In this document: piece after piece, positions 28,510-41,300 of the stretch
Position numbering within the stretch: position 1 is the stretch's first letter
Layout: the number at the start of each line of letters is the position of its first letter
NCBI GenBank assembly: GCA_002269645.1
Contig: NIVC01001948.1
Coordinates: forward strand, 1-64,000
Length of the DNA: 64,000 bases
DNA from: Macrostomum lignano
Lineage: Eukaryota
Direction of reading: 5' to 3'
Position numbers and translations under genes: made by a program
The notes under the pieces: model-generated
Seen by the model: the letters and a program-made list of their open reading frames with translations, nothing else
The model's database searches: none
Told to the model about the DNA's origin: nothing

Positions 28510-28690
28510 ATCCCTGTCTGTCCTAATGTGTGCCTCTGCCTCTCGCTGTCTGTTTCTGCTTGTCCATTCTTTGTCTTTCTGTTAATTTGTCTGCCGACGT
28601 GTCTATCTGTCTGTCTGCCTGTGTCTGTCTGTCTGTCCATTCTATATGTCTTTCTGTGCATGTGTCTGCCTGCCTGCTGTGTCTGTCTGA
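28510..28690. repeat. Degenerate (TCTG)n tract
   Basis: Direct reading. Confidence 0.7.
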
Positions 28691-29467
28691 TTAAATAAGA
28701 CCAAATGCGATTCAGAAAATTATCAAACATACTGATTCGTCGGTGCGCACAAGTGTTGCACAACTTGTCATCAATAAATAAATATATATATTTGCATAAA
28801 ATAATATTGCATTGGGGTGACAAACTGAGATCATGGATCATGCTGGGCCACTCAACAGCAACAGCAAACTGTAACGAGTCTTAGCGCAAGACAAACAATC
28901 ACAAAGACTTTCATTTCTCGTACTTGTGCAAACTGATAGGTGGTGAATATAAATTCGAATGCATTGAAGAATTACAATATAAACATTTGTGTACACACCA
29001 ATTAGCAGGCATGATATACTAATAATAGAATTAGTTTTTTATTGAACCAAAAAGTTCTTTAGTCATTTCAAACGTTAGTTGACACAAAGAGCTACAAAGA
29101 CTCATATTAAACGTGCACTTACTACCCTGGATATTAAAGTCAACAGGACGCAATTAAACAGGAAAACAAATTATACCTTTATTTAGCTAACTACTTTACT
29201 ATGAGTAGAAATGTGCAAAAAACTATTGATAAAACGCACAATTAACCCGCATTCCGCAACACAAAAACACAAGCCGTTAATTTTATTCAGAAGCTGACTT
29301 CATCATGATGCGATACGATGGGATGCGATAAGTTACCAAATTATTCGAAGGTATTACTGACTGAATGATGAAATTTCTAAATTTGAACAGAAAAAGAAAT
29401 TTAAGTACAACTTATGAATAGGGCCACTTTTTTGTAGGAGCTAAGATTAGCTAAGTAGATTGTTCAG

Positions 29468-29850
29468 GTAAGGTAGATTGGTCAGGTAAATAGGTAGATT
29501 GGTCAGGTAAATAGGTAGATTGGTCAGGTAAATAGGTAGATTGGTCAGGTAAATAGGTAGATTGGTCAGGTAAATAGGTAGATTGGTCAGGTAAATAGGT
29601 AGATTGGTCAGGTAAATAGGTAGATTGGTCAGGTAAATAGGTAGATTGGTCAGGTAAATAGGTAGATTGGTCAGGTAAATAGGTAGATTGGTCAGGTAAA
29701 TAGGTAGATTGGTCAGGTAAATAGGTAGATTGGTCAGGTAAATAGGTAGATTGGTCAGGTAAATAGGTAGATTGGTCAGGTAAATAGGTAGATTGGTCAG
29801 GTAAATAGGTAGATTGGTCAGGTAGATAGGTAGATTGGTCAGGTAGATAA
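29468..29850. repeat. Near-perfect 21-bp minisatellite (GGTAGATTGGTCAGGTAAATA)
   Basis: About 17 essentially identical copies. Confidence 0.97.
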
Positions 29851-30082
29851 GTAGGCAGAGAAGTGGATGGGTAGATAAGATACAGACAGATAGATTTGTT
29901 GGTCGCGCACCAGAAATCGTCACAAACAAGCGGACAAACAAAATATTTGCTTTACCACAAACCATTAATTATTAAATAAACTTTAAAATACAATACCAGC
30001 ATATTAATATCAGATTGGACGCAAATTAACATAGAAAAACAAATATGTAATAATTAATTTTGCTCAGGCACATTTTTAAATA

Positions 30083-32518
30083 TTAAAACTGATCACTACT
30101 AATGCTGTCATCTTCGTCCATGGCTGCAATGTCGTTGTAGGGCTCTGGCTTGTTGACAGTCAGTTTAGCATTTGCCGGGACTTCGCCAGCCGTCGCAGCC
30201 GCGGCAGGAGCGGCAGGAGCGGCTGCGGTGGCAGTAGCGGAGGTCTGGAAGGTTCTCAGGGTCGGGCAGGCACCTCGCTGAAGGTGAGACTCCAGACTGG
30301 TGGTGGAGCTGGTGCAGCAGGAGATCTCCTGGTAGCCGGAGTCCACGCTGACTGTTGAAGCTACGGCCGATGCGTTCGAGCCGGTGCAGTTCGAGTGCTG
30401 CTGCTGCCTGCGGGGATTCAGTGCTGACTGATGAGGCACCTGACACTTTGGGAAGCTGGCCCAGCAACTGAGGATCTGGGAGGCTGGCCCAGCAACTGAG
30501 GATCTGGGAGGCTGGCCTAGAAACTGAGGATCTGGGAGGCTGGCCCAGCAACTGAGGATCTGGGAGTCTGGCCCAGAAACTGAGGATCTGGGAGGCTGGC
30601 CCAGCAACTGAGGATCTGGGAGGCTGGCCCAGCAACTGACACTCTGGGAGGCTGACCCAGCAACTGAGGATCAGGGAGGCTGGCCTAGCAACTGAGGATC
30701 TGGGAGGCTGTTGGCCCAGCAACTGAGGATCTGGGAGGCTGGCCCAGCAGCTGAGGATCTGGGAGGCTGGCCCAGCAACTGAGGATCTGGGAGGCTGGCC
30801 CAGCAACTGAGGATCTGAGAGGCTGGCCCCGCAACTGAGGATCTGGGAGGCTGGCCCAGCAACTGAGGATCTGGGAGGCTGGCCCAGCAACTGAGGATCT
30901 GAGAGGCTGGCCCCGCAACTGAGGATCTGGGAGGCTGGCCCAGCAACTGAGGATCTGGGAGGCTGGCCCAGCAGCTGAGGATCTGGGAAGCTGGTGGCCC
31001 AGCAACTGAGGATCTGGGAGGCTGGCCCAGCAGCTGAGGATCTGGGAGGCTGGCCCAGCAACTGAGGATCTGGGAGGCTGGCCTAGCAACTGAGGATCTG
31101 GGAGGCTGGCCCAGCAGCTGAGGATCTGGGAGGCTGGCCCAGCAACTGAGGATCTGGGAGGCTGGCCCAGCAACTGAGGATCTGAGAGGCTGGCCCCGCA
31201 ACTGAGGATCTGGGAGGCTGGCCCAGCAACTGAGGATCTGGGAAGCTGGCCCAGCAACTGAGGATCTGGGAGGCTGGCCCAGCAACTGAGGATCTGGGAG
31301 GCTGGCCCGGTAACTGAGGATCTGTGATATTTAGCACTTGAGGATTAAAAATCTAATGATCTATAATATCAGCCCTCAGGTTCGAAGCCCTCACCAGAAC
31401 GAGTTCATCCTTCGTTCAGGCAGATGCCGCGGCTGCTGCAAGCTCAGGTGTCGGCAGATCTGCTGTCCCTGGCCAAAGGTGCTCACGCCGGACACAGGCG
31501 GTGACCAGGTGCCGGTTTGGCCCACAGACAAAACCGGAGATTGAAGCTGAGAGTCGGCAGACTGGCGAGCGTCTTCGCCTTGAACTTGGTGATGGACAGC
31601 GTCAGCTGCGCCCGCGGATGCGGCGGCGGAAGCAGCTGCAGAGTCGCGAGTTCGAATCTCAGCGATCCGCTGGTTGATGGAGCGAAGCTGGTGAAGGGAG
31701 AAATCGAAGCCTTCGGTTACATCGTCGCACAACCAGCGCTCCTGCCCATTCGGCTACTGTCCGCGGGCGCGCACTCATGCTCACACAGGGTGTACATCAG
31801 CCCTGACTGTCTAATCATCAGGCATGTACACTCTGTGTACTTTAAATCAATTACCCCAGCTGATGCTGGTCAACTGAAGCAATGCAGAGTTATTCGCTTT
31901 GTTTAAAGAATTGTTCAGTCGTGGGTCCAACGCTCTAACCAGTAGGCTACAACCTATTGGTCCTCCTAAGTTCTTACCTTCTCCTGCGATCGCTGGTACT
32001 CCTGAGTTCGTTTCCGTTTCAGCTGGCGGCCCAGTTTGTCGGCCTGGCACTCGCGCAGCAGGCGGGCGTTCGCCTCCACCATGGCGCGCTGGACCGCCGC
32101 CTCCTCTTGCAGCTGGACCAGCTGGAATTCGCGGGAGGGGGGTTGATTTGGTTGGTTAAAAATGGCCGATTCTACTGTAAGTAGAAATAAAAACATTTTA
32201 TACGTGTGAATCATGTAAAATTTTCAGCGTTAGCTTTTTAAGAATCTGTCTGTCATGTCTGTCTATCTATCTATCTATCTGTCTATCTATCTATCTATTT
32301 ATCTATCTATCCATCTATCCATCTATCTATCTATCTATTTATCTATCTATCTATCCATCTATCCATCTATCTATCTATCTATTTATCTATCTATCTATCC
32401 ATCTATCTATCTATCGTTTCCATCGTTTCCGGTGATCTTGTGTGCGTGCATTCAGCTTGATTGGCTGCGGCAAGAAAGCTCGAAAGAGCTCGCTTCGCTC
32501 GCTCTTTCTCGCTATCTA

Positions 32519-32562
<44 letters not shown>

Positions 32563-32571
32563 TTATCTATG

Positions 32572-32647
<76 letters not shown>

Positions 32648-32662
32648 CATCTATCTATCTAA

Positions 32663-32698
<36 letters not shown>

Positions 32699-32713
32699 AT
32701 ATCTATCTACCTG

Positions 32714-32772
<59 letters not shown>

Positions 32773-32773
32773 G

Positions 32774-32810
<37 letters not shown>

Positions 32811-35800
32811 ATATCTATCTACCTGTCTATCTATCTATCTATCTATCCATCTATCTAATCTATCCATCTGTCTATCAATCAGTCTATATTGTATTTAGTC
32901 AGTCCACCACTAAGATACACATGGGCATGGACTATTGAACTAGGTCCATATAGAAGACATGGAGGTGGCACTCAAGGACTCCCAAAAATATGGGGCCCAG
33001 CCCAAAGTTCGTTTCTAAAAAAAAACACTTAAAGTTTTTCACCACAGAAATCAATGCCAAACCAAAGATTTATAATGCCAAGCAAAACCAGACACAAAAT
33101 GGCAGTTAAAGAGGCAAGGCGCACGAATGCGGAGACGCCAAAGAGGGGAGGGAAATCCCTGAGCTCGAGGATAGATAAGATCTGTTTGGACAAGCAATGA
33201 GAGACAGACCCTCTTTGTCAAAAGCTGCGCAATGAGGGTTAAGTGTAGTTAGTCATAGTCAAAATACTCAGCCATTAACGAGACAGTCTGTGACCCTTGC
33301 TTGATACCCGTGGGACTCTTTCGGTCATAAAATATTATAATAAAAGTTCAACACATATAGAACAAGTTATGGCGGATGGATTTCATGGAAAGCCGAAAGG
33401 CCCAATTAGTCATCGCATTTCAGTAACAGAGAGAAGTTATTAATCAACATTTTTCTTGATAAACATAAGAAACAAGCATATGGCTTGTTTCACAAAAATG
33501 TACGGCGATTATCACAGGTGAGAGGCGATTATCACAGGTGTGAGGCGATTATGACAGGTGAGAGGCGATTATCACAGGTGTGAGGCGATTATCACAGGTG
33601 TAAGGCGATTATCACAGGTGTAAGGCGATTATCACAGGTGCGAGGCGATTATCACAGGTGTGAGGCGATTTCCACAGGTGTGAGGCGATTTCCACAGGTG
33701 TGAGGCGATTATCACAGGTGAGAGGCGATTATCACAGGTGTGAGGCGATTATCACAGGTGCGAGGCGATTACCACAGGTGAGAGGCGATTATCACAGGTG
33801 TGAGGCGATTATCACAGGTGTGAGGCGATTATCACAGTTGGGAGGCGATTATCACAGGTGTGAGGCGATTATCACAGGTGTGAGGCGATTATCACAGGTG
33901 TGAGGCGATTATCACAGGTGTAAGGCGATTATCACAGGTGAGAGGCGATTATCACAGGTGAGAGGCGATTTCCACAGGTGTGAGGCGATTTCCACAGGTG
34001 TGAGGCGATTATCACAGGTGTGAGGCGATTATCACAGGTGTAAGGCGATTATCACAGGTGAGAGGCGATTATCACAGGTGTGAGGCGATTATCACAGGTG
34101 AGATGCGATTATCACAGGTGAGAGGCGATTACCACAGGTGAGAGGCGATTATCACAGGTGTGAGGCGATTATCACAGGTGTGAGGCGATTATCACAGTTG
34201 GGAGGCGATTATCACAGGTGTGAGGCTATTATCACAGATGAGAGGCTATTATCACAGGTGTGAGGCGATTATCACGGGTGTGAGGCGATTTTCGTAAGTC
34301 TCTAGATTCCTGTAAAGAATTCTTTTGGGGAAATAAGTTTAAAAGCTGTGCACATATGTGTATAAATATGTGCGGCTTTTATGGTGGTGGTGGTGACTGG
34401 TTAGCGACCCTAAAAAAATGAAACCAAGAACTGAAGATAGGAAATGGGAAAATTTAGGCAGATTGCTATCAGTCTTGCTTTTATTCGACGACTTCCAAAC
34501 TTTCCTAATCAAGCAATATTTTGTAGCAATAAAAATTAACAACTGCCGCAACCATGGGTGTCTAAAATTGCGAGTAGATATCTGGACAAGAAATTTTACC
34601 GGGAAACTCCCATTTTTTACTTTGTTAGTCATTCTTCACAATCCTTAACTTCACAAAGTCCCAATCTTCACAATTTCGAATGTTTACAACCCCAAATGTT
34701 AGCAACCTCAAAATCTTTACAACTCCTCAATCTTCACAATACCCAAGCTTCACCGTTTCCATAATCTTCACAGTCTCGAATCTTCACAATCCTAAATCTT
34801 CTCAATCCCCTTAATCTCCCCAATCTTCACAATCTCCTCAATCTCCCCAATCTCCCTAAATTCCCTAATCTTCACAATCTCCCCAATCTTCACAATCTCC
34901 CAAATCTTCACAATCTCCCAAATCTTCACAATCTCCCCAATCTTCACAATCTCCCAAATCTTCACAATCTTCACAATCTCCCCAATTCTCACAATCTCCT
35001 CAATCTTAACAATCTCCCCAATCTTCACAATCTCCCCAATTTTCACACTCTCCAAAATCTTCACAATCTCCTCAATCTCCCAAATCTTCACAATCTCCCC
35101 AATATTCACAATCTCCCCAATATTCACAATCTCCCAAATCTTCACAATCTCCCCAATTTTCACAATCTCCCAAATCTTCACAATCTCCCCAATATTCACA
35201 ATCTCCCCAATATTCACAATCTCCTCAATCTTCACAATCTCCCAAATCTTCACAATCTCCCAAATCTTCACAATCTCCCCAATTTTCACAATCTCCCAAA
35301 TCTTCACAATCTCCCCAATATTCACAATCTCCCCAATATTCACAATCTCCTCAATATTCACAATCTCCTCAATCTTCACAATCTCCCAAATCTTCACAAT
35401 CTCCCAAATCTTCACAATCTCCCCAATTTTCACAATCTCCCAAATCTTCACAATCTCCCCAATATTCACAATCTCCCAAATCTTCACAATCTCCCCAATT
35501 TTCACAATCTCCCAAATCTTCACAATCTCCCCAATATTCACAATCTCCCCAATATTCACAATCTCCTCAATCTTCACAATCTCCCAAATCTTCACAATCT
35601 CCCAAATCTTCACAATCTCCCCAATTTTCACAATCTCCCAAATCTTCACAATCTCCCCAATATTCACAATCTCCCCAATATTCACAATCTCCTCAATCTT
35701 CACAATCTCCCAAATCTTCACAATCTCCCAAATCTTCACAATCTCCCCAATTTTCACAATCTCCCAAATCTTCACAATCTCCCCAATATTCACAATCTCC

Positions 35801-38330
35801 CCAATATTCACAATCTCCTCAATCTTCACAATCTCCCAAATCTTCACAATCTCCCAAATCTTCACAATCTCCCCAATTTTCACAATCTCCCAAATCTTCA
35901 CAATCTTCAACAATTACCTCAGAATGTACAGTCTCCTCTTCCACCGCGACAAGATATTGCGTTGGGAAGCAAAGCTGGCCAGAAGCTGACCCGACCGTCG
36001 ACTGATGATGAGGCTGCTGGTGATGCTGGGGCGGCTGATGCAGATTTGGCTGATTGCGCGGCAGAGAACTGCTGCCACTATGGTCAGTATGATGCTGACT
36101 GTCTGACCTGGGACAGAACTCGCCAGATAGACTCTGCAACGGAGAGGCGGTAAGATTAATGATTAATTTAAGTTAAGGTTAGTTTGAAAGTTCTGAATCT
36201 GATAAATTGATTGTGGCATCTCTCGCTTATTAGGCGATATGTATGATACAAAACTTAGCTACAAAATACGATAAAACTTGGCTACTAATTGCCATGGCAA
36301 CTAGATTAATACACGCCCAGGTTCCGGTCGGCCTCAACGCCCCAGCAACAGTAGTTAATGGCAATCTCCCAATGTCATTGTTGGTTTATCCCGAATTGGG
36401 TTTGAAAATGGCATGAGATAGCTTAGTCAGGCTTTTGATCAATCAATCTTAACGCATCGTTGGCTTTATTGTTTCGCTTTGCATGGGGGATTGATTTATT
36501 ACTCATAGGTAGGCAGGAAGAGCTGGACAATTTGTCTGATGCTAGGGCGATTGATGTGCTAGGGGGGAGATGCTAGAGGGAGAGGGGAGGAGAGGGAGGA
36601 TGCGGAAAGAGGAGAGGGGATAAAGGAGAGGAGAGGGAGAGGGTAGAGGGAGAAGGAATAGGGGGAGGGGAGAGAGAGTGGCTCAGGGGAGGAGAGGTGA
36701 AAGAGAAGGTAGAGAGAGAGGCTAGAGGATCAGGGAGAGGGAGAAAGAGGGAGGAGAGAGAAAAGGGAGAGGGAGAGAGGGTAGAGGGAGAGGCTAGAGG
36801 GAGAGGCTAGAGGGAGAGGCTAGAGGGAGAGGCTAGAGGGAGAGGGTAGAGGGAGAGGGTAGAGGGAGAGGGTAGAGGGAGAGGGTAGAGGGAGAGGGTA
36901 GAGGGAGAGGCTAGAGGGAGAGGGGAGGAGAGGGAGCATGCGGAAAGAGGAGAGGGGATAAAGGAGAGGAGAGGGAGAGGGTAGAGGGAGAAGGAATAGG
37001 GGGAGGGGAGAGAGAGTGGCTCAGGGGAGGAGAGGTGAAAGAGAAGGTAGAGAGAGAGGCTAGAGGATCAGGGAGAGGGGAGAAAGAGGGAGGAGAGAGA
37101 AAAGGGAGAGGGAGAGAGGGTAGAGGGAGAGAGGGTAGAGGGAGAGGCTAGAGGGAGAGGCTAGAGGGAGAGGCTAGAGGGAGAGGCTAGAGGGAGAGGG
37201 TAGAGGGAGAGGGTAGAGGGAGAGGCTAGAGGGAGAGGCTAGAGGGAGAGGCTAGAGGGAGAGGCTAGAGGGAGAGGGTAGAGGGAGAGGCTAGAGGGAG
37301 AGGCTAGAGGGAGAGGCTAGAGGGAGAGGCTAGAGGGAGAGGGTAGAGGGAGAGGCTAGAGGGAGAGGCTAGAGGGAGAGGCTAGAGGGAGAGGCTAGAG
37401 GGAGAGGCTAGAAGGAGAGGCTAGAGGGAGAGGCTAGAGGGAGAGGCTAGAGGGAGAGGGTAGAGGGAGAGGGTAGAGGGAGAGGCTAGAGGGAGAGGCT
37501 AGAGGGAGAGGGTAGAGGGAGAGGGTAGAGGGAGAGGCTAGAGGGAGAGGCTAGAGGGAGAGGCTAGAGGGAGAGGCTAGAGGGAGAGGGTAGAGGGAGA
37601 GGCTAGAGGGAGAGGCTAGAGGGAGAGGCTAGAGGGAGAGGCTAGAGGGAGATGGGAGAGGGAGAGGGGAGAGGGAGGAGAGTCAAGTAGAGACGGATGA
37701 GAGATGGGAGATGATAGGAAGAGCAGGTAAGATGTAAGGCAGGAAAGAGCATAGTGAATAAAAAAGTAGGTTGGGATAGCAGATGACACAAATGGCCTAG
37801 CAGACTCAGTCAATAGACATTCCAACACGCATATAAAATATAGGTAGACACACACACACACACACACAATATATACTCGTATATCTCTAGGCTGTATCCA
37901 ACTTGGTGGCATTGCAGTGGGTATGGCATGTCTATGGCCCAACCCAAGCTAAGCCCTCATCACGGGCCCATCAACCCTCCCCCCCTGCGGTCTGTAGGCT
38001 TGTATTACGTAATAATCCTTCGAAAATCGTGTTCAATGCCTTCAGGCTCTTGTCAGCCAGCCAGCCAAGCAAGCAGGGCAGGAGGAGCTCGCCCAGCCGT
38101 GCCGCAATCGAAATACCCTACCAACCCCTTCATTATGATCAGTTGTCTCGGATTACTCCACGAGAATGCAATGCATCACGGGTAGACAAAACTAAAGATG
38201 GAGAAAAAAACCCAACCCCGTCTGCTTAAATGTTTAAACTGAAATTGTTAGCAAAATATTCAAGCTCCAAGTGCATATTGACTTATTTACTAGTAAGTTG
38301 CGTTTTAAATTCGTTTCAAAGGGAAATTGT

Positions 38331-38387
<57 letters not shown>

Positions 38388-41300
38388 ATAAAGATGAAGC
38401 TTTGAAGCAAGGTAGATAGGAATAGATAAGAAGGGTACAGGAATATAGTGAGATGTAGAGGAAGGATAGGAGAGGTAGAGGAGGTAGAGAGACAGGAGAG
38501 GCAGGGGGGGATAGGAGAGGCAGAGAGGAGACAGGAGAAAGAAAGGATTTAGGAGAGGTAGAGAGGAGATAGGAGAGGTAGAGGGGAACATAGGAGAGGT
38601 AAAGAGGAGATAGGAGAGGTAGAGGGAGATAGGAGAGGAAGAGAGGAGAAAGGAGAGGTAGATAGGAGAGGAAGAGAGGAGATAGGAGAGGTAAAGAGGA
38701 GATAGGAGAGGTAGATAGGAGAGGTAGATAGGAGAGGTAGAGAGAGATACGAGAGATAGAGAGGAGATAGGAGAGGAAGAGAGGAGACAGGAGAGTTTGA
38801 GGGGGGATAGAGACGTAGCAAGATAACAATTAAACAGTCAGACAAAAAAAGCTTCAGTCAATGACACAGACCCCCTGTCACAACTAAAGCCTAGCACCGA
38901 TATGTATCGAAAGTAAAATTCGCAGAGCTAGAATGATATTAATAATAGCGCAATAGTCAAGGTTTAACTGACTATTTACCTTCTCTTTAGCCTCGAGCGC
39001 AGCCAGCTGACGGCATTTGTCAGCTTTACGCTTAGTCAATTCGACCAGCAGTCGTTTCAATTCCCAGAATCTGGCCACTCGCCTTTGATGAGCTGGAGAA
39101 TGTTGTTGCTGCTGTTGCTGCTGCTGCTGCAACGGAAGAGAGCGAACAGAAGGCGGAGCTTGCGACAACAGTTGCTGCTGCTGTTGCTGCGAATGGAAAG
39201 AAGATTCTTCTAAACTGCTGGCATGATTGATTGATGACTGATTGAGCTGGTGACCGGCCGTCAGCAGCAGGTCAGAGGCCGCGGCAGCATCAACTGCGAC
39301 GCTTGAAGCTGACAATGGAGCGTCAGAGACGAGGTCGGAGCTGGCACGCCGGTGTCGGTGAGAACGACGTCGAGGCAGAGTGACCATTGCCGCTGCTGTC
39401 GCTGCAAGGGTTAAAAAGCATGGTGAAATAAATTTTATAGTTCACCAGAGCTTGCTTTGACAGTTATTGACAACGCAACAGACACTATCATTAGAGACAG
39501 AGTTGAGAGAGGAGAGAGACAGGGGAGAGAGAGAGACAGGGGAGAGAGGGAGACATGGGAGAGAGGGAGACAGAAGAGAGAGGGAGGCAGGGTAGAGATG
39601 GAGACAGAAGAGAGAGGGAGACAGGGTAGAGATGGAGACAGAAGAGAGAGGGAGACAGGGGAGAGAGGGAGACAGAAGAGAGAGGGAGACAGGGGAGAGA
39701 TGGAGACAGAAGAGAGAGGGAGACAGGGTAGAGATGGAGACAGAAGAGAGAGGGAGACAGGGGAGAGAGGGAGACAGGGTAGAGATGGAGACAGAGAGAG
39801 GGAGACAGAAGAGAGAGGGAGACAGGGTAGAGATGAAGACAGAATAGAGAGGGAGACAGAAGAGAGAGGGAGACAGGGTAGAGATGGAGACAGAAGAGAG
39901 AGGGAGACAGGGGAGAGAGGGAGACAGAAGAGAGAGGGAGACAGGGTAGAGAGGGAGACAGAAGAGAGAGGGAGACAGAAGAGAGATGGAGACAGAAGAG
40001 AGAGGGAGACAGGGTAGAGATGAAGACAGAAGAGAGAGGGAGACAGGGGAGAGAGGGAGACAGAAGAGAGAGGGAGACAGAAGAGAGAGGGAGACAGAAG
40101 AGAGAGGGAGACAGGGGAGAGAGGGAGACAGAAGAGAGAGGGAGACAGAAGAGAGAGGGAGACAGAAGAGAGAGGGAGACAGGGGAGAGAGGGAGACAGG
40201 GGAGAGAGGGAGACAGAAGAGAGAGGGAGACAGAAGAGAGAGGGAGACAGAAGAGAGAGGGAGACAGAAGAGAGAGGGAGACAGGGGAGAGAGGGAGACA
40301 GAAGAGAGAGGGAGACAGAAGAGAGAGGGAGACAGAAGAGAGAGGGAGACAGGGGAGAGAGGGAGACAGAAGAGAGAGGGAGACAGGGGAGAGAGGGAGA
40401 CAGAAGAGAGAGGGAGACAGAAGAGAGAGGGAGACAGAAGAGAGAGGGAGACAGGGGAGAGAGGGAGACAGAAGAGAGAGGGAAACAGAAGAGAGAGGGA
40501 GACAGAAGAGAGAGGGAGACAGGGGAGAGAGGGAGACAGAAGAGAGAGGGAGACAGAAGAGAGAGGGTGGAGAGGGACACGTTGGAGATAGATAAATACC
40601 ACAGGTCAAAGGAAAACTCTTCAGAAGTAGTAGGTCGTAAGCTTATTCTTTTGACAGGCTCTTTACGTTTTATCTTAATTCAAGTGTCTGAATTAAAACG
40701 TGTTCTGCCTTTGAACTAATAATAATAGCCAACTTTTTAGGGACAATCGATTACGTAATCAACAACCAAATGAAGGCATTGTGTAGTATACATGAGCACA
40801 TATTGTTTTGAATAAGCCTTATATAATGATTGTGAGGAAAATAGCAATGTTGGCAACAGACAGACAGACATTGACTGGATGCTTCATTTGGATAGGATGA
40901 TAGTATTGTATTTACATTGGTTAATCAGACAGGGCGCTAAACTCTCCTCACTGATGGTTAAACAGGCAGGGCGCTAAACTCTCCTCACTGATGGTTAAAC
41001 AGACAGGGCGCCAAACTCTCCTCACTGATGGTTAAACAGACAGGGCGCCAAACTCTCCTCACTGATGGTTAAACAGACAGGGCGCTAAACTCTCCTCACT
41101 GATGGTTAAACAGACAGGGCGCTAAACTCTCCTCACTGATGGTTAAACAGGCAGGGCGCTAAACTCTCCTCACTGATGGTTAAACAGGCAGGGCGCTAAA
41201 CTCTCCTCACTGATGGTTAAACAGGCAGGGCGCTAAACTCTCCTCACTGATGGTTAAACAGGCAGGGCGCTAAACTCTCCTCACTGATGGTTAAACAGAC

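Noticed and set aside
35914-36133. Alternative hydrophobic frame ([24 protein letters not shown]...) suggesting a membrane protein
   Set aside because: It is phase-incompatible with the flanking exons, whereas the SLSGEF frame completes the CUPID motif.
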